Shown here piece by piece: positions 50,889 to 64,000 of a stretch of 64,000 nt of DNA (its first letter is position 1; every line of letters starts with the position of its first letter). This stretch comes from Chara braunii. Its lineage: Eukaryota > Plantae > Charophyceae. Both the position numbers and the translations under genes were made by a program. Under the pieces are notes generated by a model. The model saw only the letters and a program-made list of their open reading frames with translations, ran no database searches and was not told where the DNA came from. The stretch is taken from assembly GCA_003427395.1 (NCBI GenBank), contig BFEA01000001.1:5455069-5519068 (forward strand). Reading direction: 5' to 3'.

Positions 50889-51580
50889 TGAGAAATAGAA
50901 CTTGAAATGTCAAATTCGAATATTGTGGTGCATCTGACAGTAAAGCTTTTGCGTCTGTCAGATGGCCTGCTAAAGGCATCATGAGATACATCGCGAGGAA
51001 TGTATCCCAATACCTGCTACTTGTTCATCCTCGTGAATGTGTTTGTGGACACATTTTATTACCACGGTACATCACTATGAAGACTTACTTGAAGGAGATC
51101 GTACCAACCCATGAATTCGCTTGCAGAGTTATTCTTCATAGTTTTATGTGTTATTTCAATTGATTTAAAATCAGAAAACGATCCTTTCATGCAAATAAAA
51201 GATCACTTTGTATTTTCCACAAAATCATAAAACTGTGTCACACGTCGTAGAATACTTCGCTAGTGGGTCCAGGCCCCTGCGCAAGCATGCCACGCATAAA
51301 TCGAGAAATGGTCCAACGTTTTTTTTTTTTTTTTGTTATGAGAAATAGAACTTGAAATGTGAAATTTGAATATTATGGTGCATCTGACAGGAACGTTTTT
51401 GCGTCTGTCGGATGGCCTGTTAAAGGCATCATGAGATACATCGCGAGGAATGTATCCCAATACCCTCTACTTGTTCATCCTCGTGAATGTGTTCGTGGAC
51501 ACATTTTATTGCCACGGTACATCCCAATCAGGACTTACTAGAAGGGGATAGTACCACCCCATGAATTCGTTTGCACAGTT
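50889..51580. repeat. ~240-bp direct repeat (50889-51131 and 51339-51580) interleaved with U6 fragments
   Basis: tgagaaatagaacttgaaatgt...cccatgaattcg in both copies. Confidence 0.9.
51272..51334 (+). pseudogene. U6: U6 snRNA 3' half with T-run
   Basis: ggcccctgcgcaagcatgccacgcataaatcgagaaatggtccaacg followed by a long T run. Confidence 0.85.
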
Positions 51581-51612
51581 TGACACGCATAACTTTACAG
51601 ATGGTCCAAATT
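51581..51612 (+). pseudogene. U6: Degenerate U6 3' end followed by poly-A
   Basis: tgacacgcataa...atggtccaaatt, then ~40 A. Confidence 0.6.
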
Positions 51613-51648
<36 letters not shown>

Positions 51649-51663
51649 AAAAAAAATCAGAAA

Positions 51664-51718
51664 GTCCTTTCGGACATTGGAACGATACAGAGAAGATTAG
51701 CATGGCTGCTGCGCAAGG
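51664..51718 (+). pseudogene. U6: U6 snRNA 5' half with a short internal deletion, ending at GCGCAAGG
   Basis: gtcctttcggacattggaacgatacagagaagattagcatggctgctgcgcaagg. Confidence 0.88.
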
Positions 51719-51769
51719 CCTTTCTCAGACGACCCCCTACCGTTTTTTTACATTGTCGACAACAAATCT

Positions 51770-51974
51770 TCTTTCCTTCAACAGAAAATGTATACAGAAC
51801 GACATTTTCCATAGTGGCAGATGCATCCACGTTCGGCCGTAAATGCAGTCAGACACATTTAATATACTATTTCTTTCCTTCAACAGAAAATGTATACAGA
51901 ACGACATTTTCCATAGTGGCAGATGCATCCACGTTCGGCCGTAAATGCAGGCAGACACATTTAATATACTATTT
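51770..51974. repeat. Near-perfect ~103-bp tandem duplication
   Basis: tctttccttcaacagaaaatg...cagacacatttaatatactattt twice. Confidence 0.9.
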
Positions 51975-52363
51975 ATGATTTTTGCTGACTATTTCTGACT
52001 GAATGCCAAAATCTCTGCATCCATTTCTACAACCCACGCACGCGCACGATCACACACACATGTCACCGTGCACCGACACACAAATTCAAAGAGAGAGAAC
52101 CAGAGAGAGAGAGAGGGAGGGAGCTTATGGTCCAAGCTATGGTCCAAGCTATGGAACTGTGGAACACTTAATTTTGCATTCCGCGCCTGGCCTCCTGAAC
52201 TTCCACCAAAAGGAGAAGCAAAATTGAATGAATCTCCCGCCACAACATGGAATCATACAACACAACTTGCGCTACAACAGCCCACGCAGTGGTGGCTGTG
52301 CGCACACACGATCACACACACATACCACCGTGCACACACACACAAATGCACAGAGAGAGAGCC

Positions 52364-52402
<39 letters not shown>

Positions 52403-52595
52403 CAGTTACCTGTACCCCGTTTCGCAATCCGGATCCCGTCTGCAAGCATCGTCTTTCGAGTAGGGCCGCTCAGATGCCTGGCATAACAAGTGCCGAGAGA
52501 GGGAATAACGATGGCGAGGGAGATGTCAGAGCCGTCAACGGAAGTCCCTTTGATCCATCGAGAAATGGGGGAGTTTTGCATCTTCTGTCTGTTCA

Positions 52596-52665
<70 letters not shown>

Positions 52666-53915
52666 GGGGGCACATTCGGCATGCTTGTGTGTNNNNNNNN
52701 NNNNNNNNNNNNNNNNNNNNNNNNNNNNNNNNNNNNNNNNNNNNNNNNNNNNNNNNNNNNNNNNNNNNNNNNNNNNNNNNNNNNNNNNNNNNNNNNNNNN
52801 NNNNNNNNNNNNNNNNNNNNNNNNNNNNNNNNNNNNNNNNNNNNNNNNNNNNNNNNNNNNNNNNNNNNNNNNNNNNNNNNNNNNNNNNNNNNNNNNNNNN
52901 NNNNNNNNNNNNNNNNNNNNNNNNNNNNNNNNNNNNNNNNNNNNNNNNNNNNNNNNNNNNNNNNNNNNNNNNNNNNNNNNNNNNNNNNNNNNNNNNNNNN
53001 NNNNNNNNNNNNNNNNNNNNNNNNNNNNNNNNNNNNNNNNNNNNNNNNNNNNNNNNNNNNNNNNNNNNNNNNNNNNNNNNNNNNNNNNNNNNNNNNNNNN
53101 NNNNNNNNNNNNNNNNNNNNNNNNNNNNNNNNNNNNNNNNNNNNNNNNNNNNNNNNNNNNNNNNNNNNNNNNNNNNNNNNNNNNNNNNNNNNNNNNNNNN
53201 NNNNNNNNNNNNNNNNNNNNNNNNNNNNNNNNNNNNNNNNNNNNNNNNNNNNNNNNNNNNNNNNNNNNNNNNNNNNNNNNNNNNNNNNNNNNNNNNNNNN
53301 NNNNNNNNNNNNNNNNNNNNNNNNNNNNNNNNNNNNNNNNNNNNNNNNNNNNNNNNNNNNNNNNNNNNNNNNNNNNNNNNNNNNNNNNNNNNNNNNNNNN
53401 NNNNNNNNNNNNNNNNNNNNNNNNNNNNNNNNNNNNNNNNNNNNNNNNNNNNNNNNNNNNNNNNNNNNNNNNNNNNNNNNNNNNNNNNNNNNNNNNNNNN
53501 NNNNNNNNNNNNNNNNNNNNNNNNNNNNNNNNNNNNNNNNNNNNNNNNNNNNNNNNNNNNNNNNNNNNNNNNNNNNNNNNNNNNNNNNNNNNNNNNNNNN
53601 NNNNNNNNNNNNNNNNNNNNNNNNNNNNNNNNNNNNNNNNNNNNNNNNNNNNNNNNNNNNNNNNNNNNNNNNNNNNNNNNCCCCCCCCCCCCCCACCACC
53701 CGCATTCCTTCAACAAAACCTCTGTTGGACCCACCCTCATGAAATCGCGCTTCTCGCTTCACCTTAATTCTTCATCCATTCCGCCACTGTGTGTGTGTGT
53801 GCGTGCGCGGGTGTCTGTGTGTGTGCGTGTGAGAGAGAGAGAGAAAAAGAGAGAGTAAGAGAGAGAAAGGGCCTCGCTGCACCACTCTCGACATGAGAGA
53901 GAGAGAAAGAGAGAG

Positions 53916-53984
<69 letters not shown>

Positions 53985-53989
53985 CCGTA

Positions 53990-54612
53990 AGCAAAGGCCT
54001 AACTACAAATGACCCTAAGTGAAGGCCTAAGTACAAATACCATTTCAAACAATGGTCAAATAATCAATCATAAGTTAGAAACAAAAAGCTCTAAGTGAAA
54101 GCCACCAGACATATATTGACACAACATATAAGATGACAACATTTTGACAATTTCAATACTTCTTCTATACAAGAGTCATTTGAAACTGTGGTATGAAGCA
54201 TTACTTTGATATGAAACATGACACATGATTTAAAATGGCCCTAAGTGAAGGCCAAACGAATGATAACTTTAAGTCGTAAGTACAAATGACCCTAAGTGAA
54301 GGCCTAAGTACAAATACTTATTTTGTACAAACCCGTTTGAAACTGTGATATGAAACATTGTTGTGATATGAAAAATGACTCATGGTTTAAAATGGCCCTA
54401 AGTGAAGACCATATGAATGATGACTTTAAGGCTTGAGTACAAATGGCCCTAAGTGAAGGCCTAAGTACAAATATCATTTTAAACAATGGCCCTAAGCGAA
54501 AGCTTAGGTACAAATATCATTTCAAACAATTGATACGACCCTAAGTGAAGGCCAGATGAATAATGACTTTAAGACTTAACTACAAATCGCCCTAAGCGAA
54601 GGCCTAGATAAA
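53990..54612. repeat. Degenerate array of ACAAATGACCCTAAGTGAAGGCCTAAGT-like units upstream of the Helitron ORF; further copies at 63597-63690
   Basis: About nine (c)ctaag(t/c)gaa cores. Confidence 0.8.
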
Positions 54613-54981
54613 AATATCAATTCAACAACGAAAAAAATAAAATAAAACAAAAACTATCAATTAAAATTAAAAAAAAATACATCATCTAAATTATTATTTA
54701 ATTTCACATCAATAACTGAAAAACCAAAATTTGAAGCAAAAAAAAACATTTTTCATAAAAAACAAATTCGCTTAAAAAACCTTGCAAGAATGCAAGGCAA
54801 TCAAACAACAAAAAATAATAAGATATTAAATAATAACAATAATTCGTCAATAATAAAACATACAAGATTAAAGACAATCGCAAGAACACAATATTTTTAA
54901 AATTATAAAAATTATGAAGCATTTGAAAATATTGATTATGGAAAAATCAAAAGAGACATATTAGATATATTACAAAAAGAA

Positions 54982-57900
54982 ATGAGTTTCGAAGGTTTAC
55001 AAGAATCTGTTTGTTGTGTATCTGATGAACTTCAACTTAAGAATAAAATATATAAACACACAACTAAAGACCAACAAATAATAGATAAAATAATTGAATT
55101 TTTAAAAAACCCAGATGAAATTTTTCATAAAGATATAAACGAATATTATGATTGTACTGAATTTAGTAAACAATTTATTGACTTATTACTTTCACAAAGA
55201 GGATTTCAAATAAACGACAAAGAAAACGAAATTGAATTTTATATTTGTGACAATTGCGAAAAATCATTAGTCGATAGTAAAAAAGGTCAAGGTAGTTTGC
55301 CAAAATTTGTCATCGATAATCATTTTTTTATAGCGAAATTACCTAAATATATACCACAACCTACATGGCTAGAATTAGTTATGACAAACATAATTACTAT
55401 TATAGCACAAATAAATGTCTTACGAGGTGGTTTACACTGAGCTATTCGATCTCACTTACTTTCATTTGATGCAATTCCAGGACCACCAGCAACACTTCTA
55501 CCCAGAGAAATTAATACTGATAATTTTTATAGAATCATTTTAACAGGTTCATTCACTGAACCACAACTTACACAAATTAAAAAAAAAACATTCAATTCAT
55601 CATTATGTTGTTCGTCAACTATTACAATTTTATAAATTAAACAATAAATATTATAAACATATACCAATAGACGAGAATAAAATCAATGCTTTAGAAAAAA
55701 ACAACGGAGAATTTATATCGACAACAGTTTACAATCTCATAGAAGATAAAACAAATTTAATAGATAAAATGGACAACGAAGAACATTCTATTGCAAAACA
55801 ATAGATTTGAACAGAGGAAAAAATTTACATAGAAAAAACACAATTGTTTATAAAAACAATGGCCTCAACAATAAATATGACAGCAAAATAAATTATTAAC
55901 AACAAAGAGAAAACAAATATTGATTCTCAAACTTATGTTGTTCAATTATCGACTAAATTCAGTAACACATTCGATATCGATATTGAAGTTAAAATGTTCC
56001 CTCACCTTTTTTCGTACAGCCGTGGATACATAGGAGCATCTGATAGACGTATTCTAGTTTCAAAATATGAATGCATAAAACATTATTGTCTCTTAAGTCA
56101 TCGAAAATTAGCAAATGATTCATACTTCACTTTAGTAATGTTCGATAAAGAAGCTATTCAACGTGGTTGTACCATGTCTCACATCACATGCACAACCAAC
56201 CCACAAATACAACAACCTATAACAAATATATCTCGAAAAGATTTAGAAATAACTTTATAAAACAAATAACGAAGATTATGCGGTCATATCCCCCTCCCAA
56301 TCAATGACGCTGCACAAAAATTATTACTTCATGTTGAATATGCTTCATCTTATATTTGGGGCAACAATGCAGAACGACGAATGCATCGTCAATAAACTTT
56401 TCCAATATGGGGTAGATTTGGTCAACCTACAATATTCCTAACATTGACTCCTAACACAGAAACAACATTCGTAATATCCTCATATACAGGACTTACGAAA
56501 ATAAATAATTTTGTAAATAATTTATAAAATCAACAATATATACCTATGTCAAAAAAAAAAAAAAAAAAGGATATAAAGATAAAGTAGCTTCGGCACGATT
56601 GTTTGATAGATTGATAACAATATTTTTTCAACACATCGTATGATATGATAATACGACACAGCCACCAACCATAAAACCTGGGCTTTTTGAATATATCGAT
56701 GCTTACTACGGAATGGTTGAAACTCAAGGACGTGGTACATTACATTTACATTGTCTTCTTTGGGTACAAAATGCACCAACAACAGCTATAGAATATGAAA
56801 AATATATAAAAGACGAAAATGCATTAACTAAAATACTTACCTATACAGACAATATAGTTAAAACAAATTTACCAATTGATGTAAATACTGTACCTTGTCC
56901 TCAATGTAATAATGTAGCAAGTTTTCAAACAATCGATATGTCACTATTTACATTTAAAACACCTTTTCGAAAAAATCAAAAAGATTATACTCCAACAGAA
57001 CCAACAATAGCAAAGTGTAAATATTGTAATCAAGAAATAAGTGCACAATACATAGCACGTTTAGCATTGCTCCAAACATCGAAACATAAAACTACTACGA
57101 TATATCAAGAAAAAATTTTGGCAAAAGCTTCTTATATCCACCCTATAATGATCCAATTTATAAAAAAAATTTATCATTATCTATTGAATATGCCAAACAG
57201 TTTACAACAACTAAGCACTGATAAAAATGACCTAAAACATAATAAAATAACATTAATTCTTCTAACTCAAACTCATCATTGGAAACACACTCCTTCATGT
57301 TTCAAAAAGTCGCGCACCACTGAAAACTCAAAACGTTGTCGATATTTATATCATCTTACACGTACAGAAAAAACAATAATGAAAAACGATGGAACACAAA
57401 TATGTTGACCATTCCGAAATGAATATATCAATGGTTTTAACGATATTATACTATTTACATTTAAAACAAATCATAATATACAAATTTTAATAAGGGGACA
57501 AGAAAATGTTGAAAGAGTTTTTTGCATAAGTAATTGTACAGCAAAAGATCAACATCAAGTCGACAGCACTACGACTCTCTCTCTTGCTGCATTCGATGCT
57601 CGGATACAACGAGAAAACGAACAAGAAAAAAACGAACAACTTACAAACGAAAGAAAAACAAGAAGAAAAATTTCATCACAAGTTTACACATTAACAAACA
57701 AACAAGAAATTGTTGCACCGCTTTGTGCATTATATATTTTACGACACAGTTGTGCTTATAAAAGTCATTCATTTAAAAAACTACCTATTAAACGAATGTT
57801 AAATCAATTATTCAAAGAAACAGAAATAATTTGTACGATTGAAAAGCAATAAAACACGTACATTTTACATCGTCCACTAGATTATTATATCTATAGACCA

Positions 57901-60900
57901 CAAAAATTATCAAATCTTTCTTTATATGAATTCTCAATGCTACATTTTCGTGTCATTCGAACGGCGAACACATCAAAAGAACGTTTGTTTTTAAAAGAAT
58001 TCCCAGAATATGAAAAAAAATGTATAGGACAACATAACTATCCATATATTCTAGTAATAACACATAATACTAAAATATCAGATGTTCAAAAATGTGAATC
58101 TGAAGATGCAAAAAATAAACATGCTCAAACAACTTTACTTTTTTTTAAGCCATTAAGAATAATAGAAGATTTAATCAAATTCAATCAAACATGGTTTTCA
58201 TAATTTGAAAATTTCAAAATACAAATGTCCTCTTTTGTATTACAAATATACAATAACATGCAAGATTTTCATATTGCCAGAACAAAAGCTTCAGAAGCAC
58301 GAATAGACCGTTTATGACAAAAAACAAAAACTGAAAACGATGAACATACTGATAGCGACAACAATTCAAGCGATAGCGATTGTGAATTACTAATAGATAA
58401 CACAACAAAAGATGAAGAATATGATTTATATTATAATATCAATAACAAAATTTTTTTTAACGATTCTGAAACAATATACACAACCAATGATTTAAACAAT
58501 CCGTTGATATGTCCAGCAACAAAAACAATTATATCAGATGATGAATTAAATGAAGCATTAAAAGAAGCAAATATTATGCATCAAACTACTATATTAACAA
58601 CAAATAAATATAAAAATATAGTCAATTTTACTGAAAATCAAATAAATAATTTAAAAACACAAAAATAATTACATATTTATAAAAAATTGGCTTAAACCGA
58701 ATTATCGAACAAATATTAACGAAAATAGTTTTTTACATATTGAATATAAAAAGATATAAAAGAAACAAAAATAACACTTCTTCAAAATGCTCTTGAACCA
58801 AAACAAATGAAATATCTAAAAAATCATGAAAAATATACAGAAACAAATAAAAACATAAAAAATTATTCATCGATCTCAGACATATCACAAAAATTTAAAC
58901 TTACAAAACACAACATGTAGCATTTGAATTAGTCGCAAAATCATTATTACTAACTTGGCATTTACAAGCGACCGATTCAGAAACAAAAGAAAAAATCTCA
59001 TTATAAAAAATGAAATCTAAATTTTAAAAACAACAACTACTAATGTATCTCACTGGAGAAGGCGGAACTGAAAAAACACATGTCGTAAATGTCAAAGAAA
59101 CATTTTGTAAACATTTGAAAAAATAAAAAACAATTGCAAAAACAACTTTCACAGGAAAAGCAGCAGTATCAATTAAAGGACAAACTTTACAAAGTTCGAT
59201 CGGCGTGCACAATCTTGAAAAATCAAATGCAAACAACCAAACAACCGTACCAGGATTCAACACAGACCTATCATTATTACTTATAGATGAAGTCAGTATG
59301 CTAGGCAAAGAAATATTTGCACAAATAGATCACACTCTTAGAAAAGTGCGACAAATTGATTTGTCATTTTGTAGTTTGAATATGCTTTGTTTATGACATC
59401 ATTCACAAATGTCACCTGTCAAAGAAATTTCATTATATAAAAAATCATCTTTTGAATTAGCAGCCAAACCATGTGATGTTGTAGTTTATGACTTGTGGTT
59501 ATTATTTAACACAGTAGTAATATTAAACGAAAACATTCGATTTAAAACAAATTCTGAATGGGAAAAATGATGCAATAATGTTAGAAAAGGATTGTGGACA
59601 AACGAATTTATGAATATTATTAATACACCACTTCTTTTGACTGCTTCAAACAAAGAATGGGTTACAGAAAACGGTTAAACGGACAAGAAAGCATACATAA
59701 CGTTTTACAAATCAAATATATAACTAATAATAAAATAATAACAACAACTCCAACATATGTCACTTCAGACATTGATACACGTACTGCACTCATTCGTACA
59801 TACACACAACATGTAAGTCAAAACCTTCAAAAAAAACATTACCCAATTCGAATCTTAGCAAATTTTGGAAAAACTCTCCAATATAAAACCAACGACGATA
59901 TAAACTATATAATGTCACTTCCAGATAACAAACTAAATCGATATCCACCATATATTGATTTAATACCTGGTCGTTAATAATATTCACACAAAATATCGAT
60001 TCAAAAAGAGGCATAGCAAATAAAACTTTTGCATATTTACACTCAGTACAATTCAATGAGTCAGCTAAATTTACTCATGTCAATGATATTGGATCAAATA
60101 CAACAGTTATAGTACCAAATCGACAACCTGATATAGCATTTGTTCAACTTCCTCCAGAACAACTATTCAAAAAACTACCTATATAAAATACAAATTTGCC
60201 TAATAATATTTATCCAGTTTTAATATCAAAATCTAAACAACAATCGCAAATTTTTATACCTGGATATTTGAATAATCAACCTAGAACATGTACCTTACGT
60301 TCATCACAATTCTCATTCGTATGTGCAATTGCCACAATATCTTATAAAGTACAAGGAAAAACACTAACATCCCTAGTAATTGCTGATTGGTTCTCAAAAT
60401 CAACTAACAAAAATAAAAAACATAATGTACCACAACAAGGATATATTTTAGTTTTTAGAGTCGTTAACAGAAAAGCATTAACAATATTAAAACCATTCAT
60501 TAATAATTTATCATTGATTTTTAAACCTGACATATCAATCATTGAAGAAGATAAAAGACTACATTGCAAACAAATTATTAGAAAGACAAGATATAATTCA
60601 AATGTTTGATGAAACATTACAAAAGCATCAAACATATACTTCATATTTAACAACTAACAATGACTACAACATTATATATTCATTACAAGCCACAAGTAAT
60701 ATAGAAAACAACTCTAGAAAACAAAATAACACAAACATAGATAATCAACAAAATCCATGTCATTACACAAAATTTAAAAATATTTTCAACGATGAAAAAA
60801 CATTAATTTGCAAAAACGACTTATTTCACACAACTGCATGGTTAGATAGCGATAATATAAACGAATACATGAATTTAATAATGCAAAACTATAAATTAGT

Positions 60901-61449
60901 GCTTACAACAGAGGATTTTTTCTACACATGTTGCATACAACCAAGTGATTTTACAAAAATACAACAGTACCTTGCAATTAGAATGAACAATAAGTCTTTA
61001 TCCACCTTCCATCATTTTTTTTTCCTATGTCATATCAATGGAAATCATTGGACATTTGGATACATTAATTTACATCAACCATTCATAGCCTATTATGATA
61101 GTAAAAAAATAAAAACAAACAATATTTTGAAAAAATATAAAGATGGTTTCTTACTCAAATAAATATAACCAATGCAGAATCACTTTATATTGACGAACCT
61201 GTTCAATATAATGAATTTGATTGTGGACTGTTTATATTACTAATGATACGACATTTGTTAATTCCAAATCTACAACAGCATGTTAATAATTTCACTGAAA
61301 AAGATATGATATATTATAGATCTTTTTTACATAACGAACTACAAACAAACCAACTACAAGAAATATATCCCTATCCACACAAACAATATACGCCACAAAA
61401 ATTTATTTACAAATTATTTATTAAAATAACAAATACAATAGAAAAATAA
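54982..61449 (+). pseudogene. Degenerate Helitron-like Rep-helicase polyprotein with C-terminal Ulp1/C48 cysteine protease
   Basis: CDNC..LPKF N-terminal domain; IFLTLTP; YYGMVETQGRGTLHLHCLLW (HUH); HTPSCFK..CRY; Pif1 motifs TGEGGTEKT, LIDEVSML, SYKVQGKTL, QGYILVFRV; protease WLDSDNI, NHW, YYDS, QYNEFDCG. Confidence 0.9.
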
Positions 61450-63436
61450 ACCAATGTACTTCAAATAACATAAAATATTTTAATAATATTTAATTGATAA
61501 AACTTATCAATTAAAAAAAACAACCAACATAACAAACAAAACTACAAATATATGAACTGTCTTTGAAAAACTATCGCGTTTGTCCATTCGACTACGTACA
61601 AATTCTTGCTACAAAATTTTACTTTGGTAAGCTTTCTAACCACTAATAAAAAACAAACCTCTATGCTTTCAACTTTCAACAAATACTTTCAACAAACACG
61701 TATGCATATTGTACTCTATTTGTAAAAAAAAAAACGAAAAAAAAACTAACATATTTTTTATTGTCTTCTGTCTATTTTATTTGTACAGCATCATGGAGTA
61801 CGGAAAAAAACATACAGAAAGCCAAGACAACCAACAAAACAATACTAATACAGCGAAAGTATTTATCAGTATTTCTATCAAAAATATATTTTATAATTAA
61901 AAAAAAATTAAAAAAATTAAAGTCACTAAACCCATACACACAGAGGTTTTTAAACCAACCTCTGTACGTAAGGGTGTTAAAGGTCTTATTCAAAGTCCAA
62001 ACTTAAAACTTTTTAAATAAGTTGTCGATTATGTGAAATACACATCCAAACATCGATTATCCAACAAAAAATAGAAAAACAACAAAATCCAAAAACAAAA
62101 TTACCAATAAAAAAACATATTTATAATTTTATATACATATAATAAATACAAATAACATGTTTAAAATTTCATACTCATATTTATTGCATGTATTCTTTAT
62201 TTTACAGGTCTGATATTGAAATAATGAATTGGAAACGAGACCAAATCGACAAAGACATACAACAAGTTCGAGATATTTAAGAAATAACTCTCACTACAGT
62301 TGAAAGTTGCAGAGACTGAATGACTGACATACGAGCGACAAAATCAAAGACCAAGCTATCTATTGAACAAGAAGACATTGTCGTATACACAGAAAAACGA
62401 ATAACAATACAATAAGATAATATTTTAAATGTCTATTTAGCAGACAAAGATTATTTGACACATCAACACTCGACAACGCAATAGATGTATTAGCAAAAAA
62501 CATTGACAATGCTATAAAAATGATATTCAAATAGCTTAGAAAAGCAACAATCTGGAACGTTAAAGAAAACCATCAACCACCACCGATTAAAACTTCTTTA
62601 TATTTAAAAAGAATAACATGTCACAATTACAATGACCTTTTTAACAAAGAAATGCCAACATTTAATACAAAATACAACAATCTAACAATGTCATTAGTAA
62701 TAGCAAATAACACATCACATTCCGTATATCAACCACCTGCACAAGAAACTCCACAACCACCATCAATGCCACCAACACCAGCACAAACAATAACAAGAAG
62801 AACAACAACAAAAACAAGGAAAAAATAACTTCATCACAATAGATATATTTCAAGTGGGCTTCTGCGTCTGTGTCAATGTGTCGAATTTTTACTGGCGGAC
62901 GACCAAGACGCAAAGTAGGTTTTTAGCGAACAAAAAAATTTAGGGGACTAATCTTTGGTAAATTGCAAACTACCTACAAGTCCTCCTTAGGTAGAAGTGG
63001 ACCCCCAAAACAAGTGCGTTAGAGCGGTCCTCGGCTGCAAGCGAACAAATAAAAGTTTCATCGCTTTTGCGTGTGTGCAAAAGTGTATGTGTTCTTTTTT
63101 ACTATATATGTGTGTATGTGTATGCAGGTGTACATATGTAGCTATCTATGTGTCACTGCCGTCAGTACCAAAGAACGAAACATAACGAACCCAGAGTGGT
63201 TAAAATTAAAAATAAACTTTTATTACTAACTACGTCGCTTGGGTCACCTTCAGCGTGGTCCCATTAGCAAATACATAGAAGTGTGACGGATCCAGTGTGA
63301 CATTGTGTAGCATCATTGTTTTGTGCTTCACCCCTACATTAAAGGGGTACCAACAGGTCTTATCCCATAATTTGCAAGAGTAACTTTGACAATTTCTTCT
63401 CCTCAAAAGGACTTTCTCTTTGCTAACCCTCCCCCC

Positions 63437-63491
<55 letters not shown>

Positions 63492-63724
63492 CACACATCC
63501 GCTTAGTCTCATTGCTCTTTCATCTATATAAATGGCATATGAAACTAAAAAAAAACTCAAAGTGAAAGTCATCAAACATTCTTCAAAAGTTAAAAACTCT
63601 AAGTGAAAGTCATACGAAATGACATTTTTTGTAAAACCAACTTCCAAATTCTTAGCAAACACATAACTACAAATGACCCTAAGCGAAGCCGCAACAATCT
63701 GACCCATATTCCAATTTTGACAAT

Positions 63725-63778
<54 letters not shown>

Positions 63779-63927
63779 GTGTGTGTCAGCCAAAGAAAAA
63801 TAATATGTGGCAAATGCTGAAAATTCTACTGCTCCTACAGTTTGTTGTCATTCTCCCAACAAAAAATTATTTATTTTTTCAAAAAATTCATTGTAAAATC
63901 AAACAAAACTCTCTCTCTCTCTCTCTA

Positions 63928-64000
<73 letters not shown>

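Larger units (their letters stand above)
53985..62855 (+). mobile_element. AT-rich rolling-circle transposon (Helitron2/Helentron-like); termini not resolved
   Basis: Sharp compositional block containing RepHel remnants and subterminal repeats. Confidence 0.7.

Noticed and set aside
50001-53858. Long ORFs up to 425 aa
   Set aside because: Artefacts of N gaps and dinucleotide repeats

Overview
Eukaryotic, repeat-dominated DNA with four assembly gaps and almost no intact host gene. The plant-type U6 sequence, chromovirus and Ty3/Gypsy content and dense microsatellites point to a streptophyte, possibly a charophyte alga such as Chara (inference). Left to right: two phase-compatible minus-strand host exons overlapping a TTAA-flanked inverted-repeat element (0.5-3 kb); a decayed minus-strand chromovirus with a deleted integrase core and an AT-hook inside its chromodomain (3.7-12.5 kb); two U6 snRNA pseudogenes, a 37-bp E2F-motif minisatellite and two Harbinger-like MITEs (14-22 kb); a 19-kb nested LTR block (25.6-44.9 kb); an L1-like 3' fragment; a cluster of three U6 fragments; and a very AT-rich degenerate Helitron-like element carrying a Ulp1/C48 protease (54-63 kb). 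The LTR block holds the best candidates for new biology: (i) ten hairpins with a near-invariant 20-nt apex and covarying stems at 31.98-32.83 kb, and (ii) a Gypsy element with a PHD finger in front of integrase, followed by a chain of stop/start-overlapping accessory ORFs. Four of the five U6 copies are broken or altered at the same GCGCAA site and the fifth starts just after it, which suggests a U6-targeting mobile element. All calls were made by eye; no searches were run.
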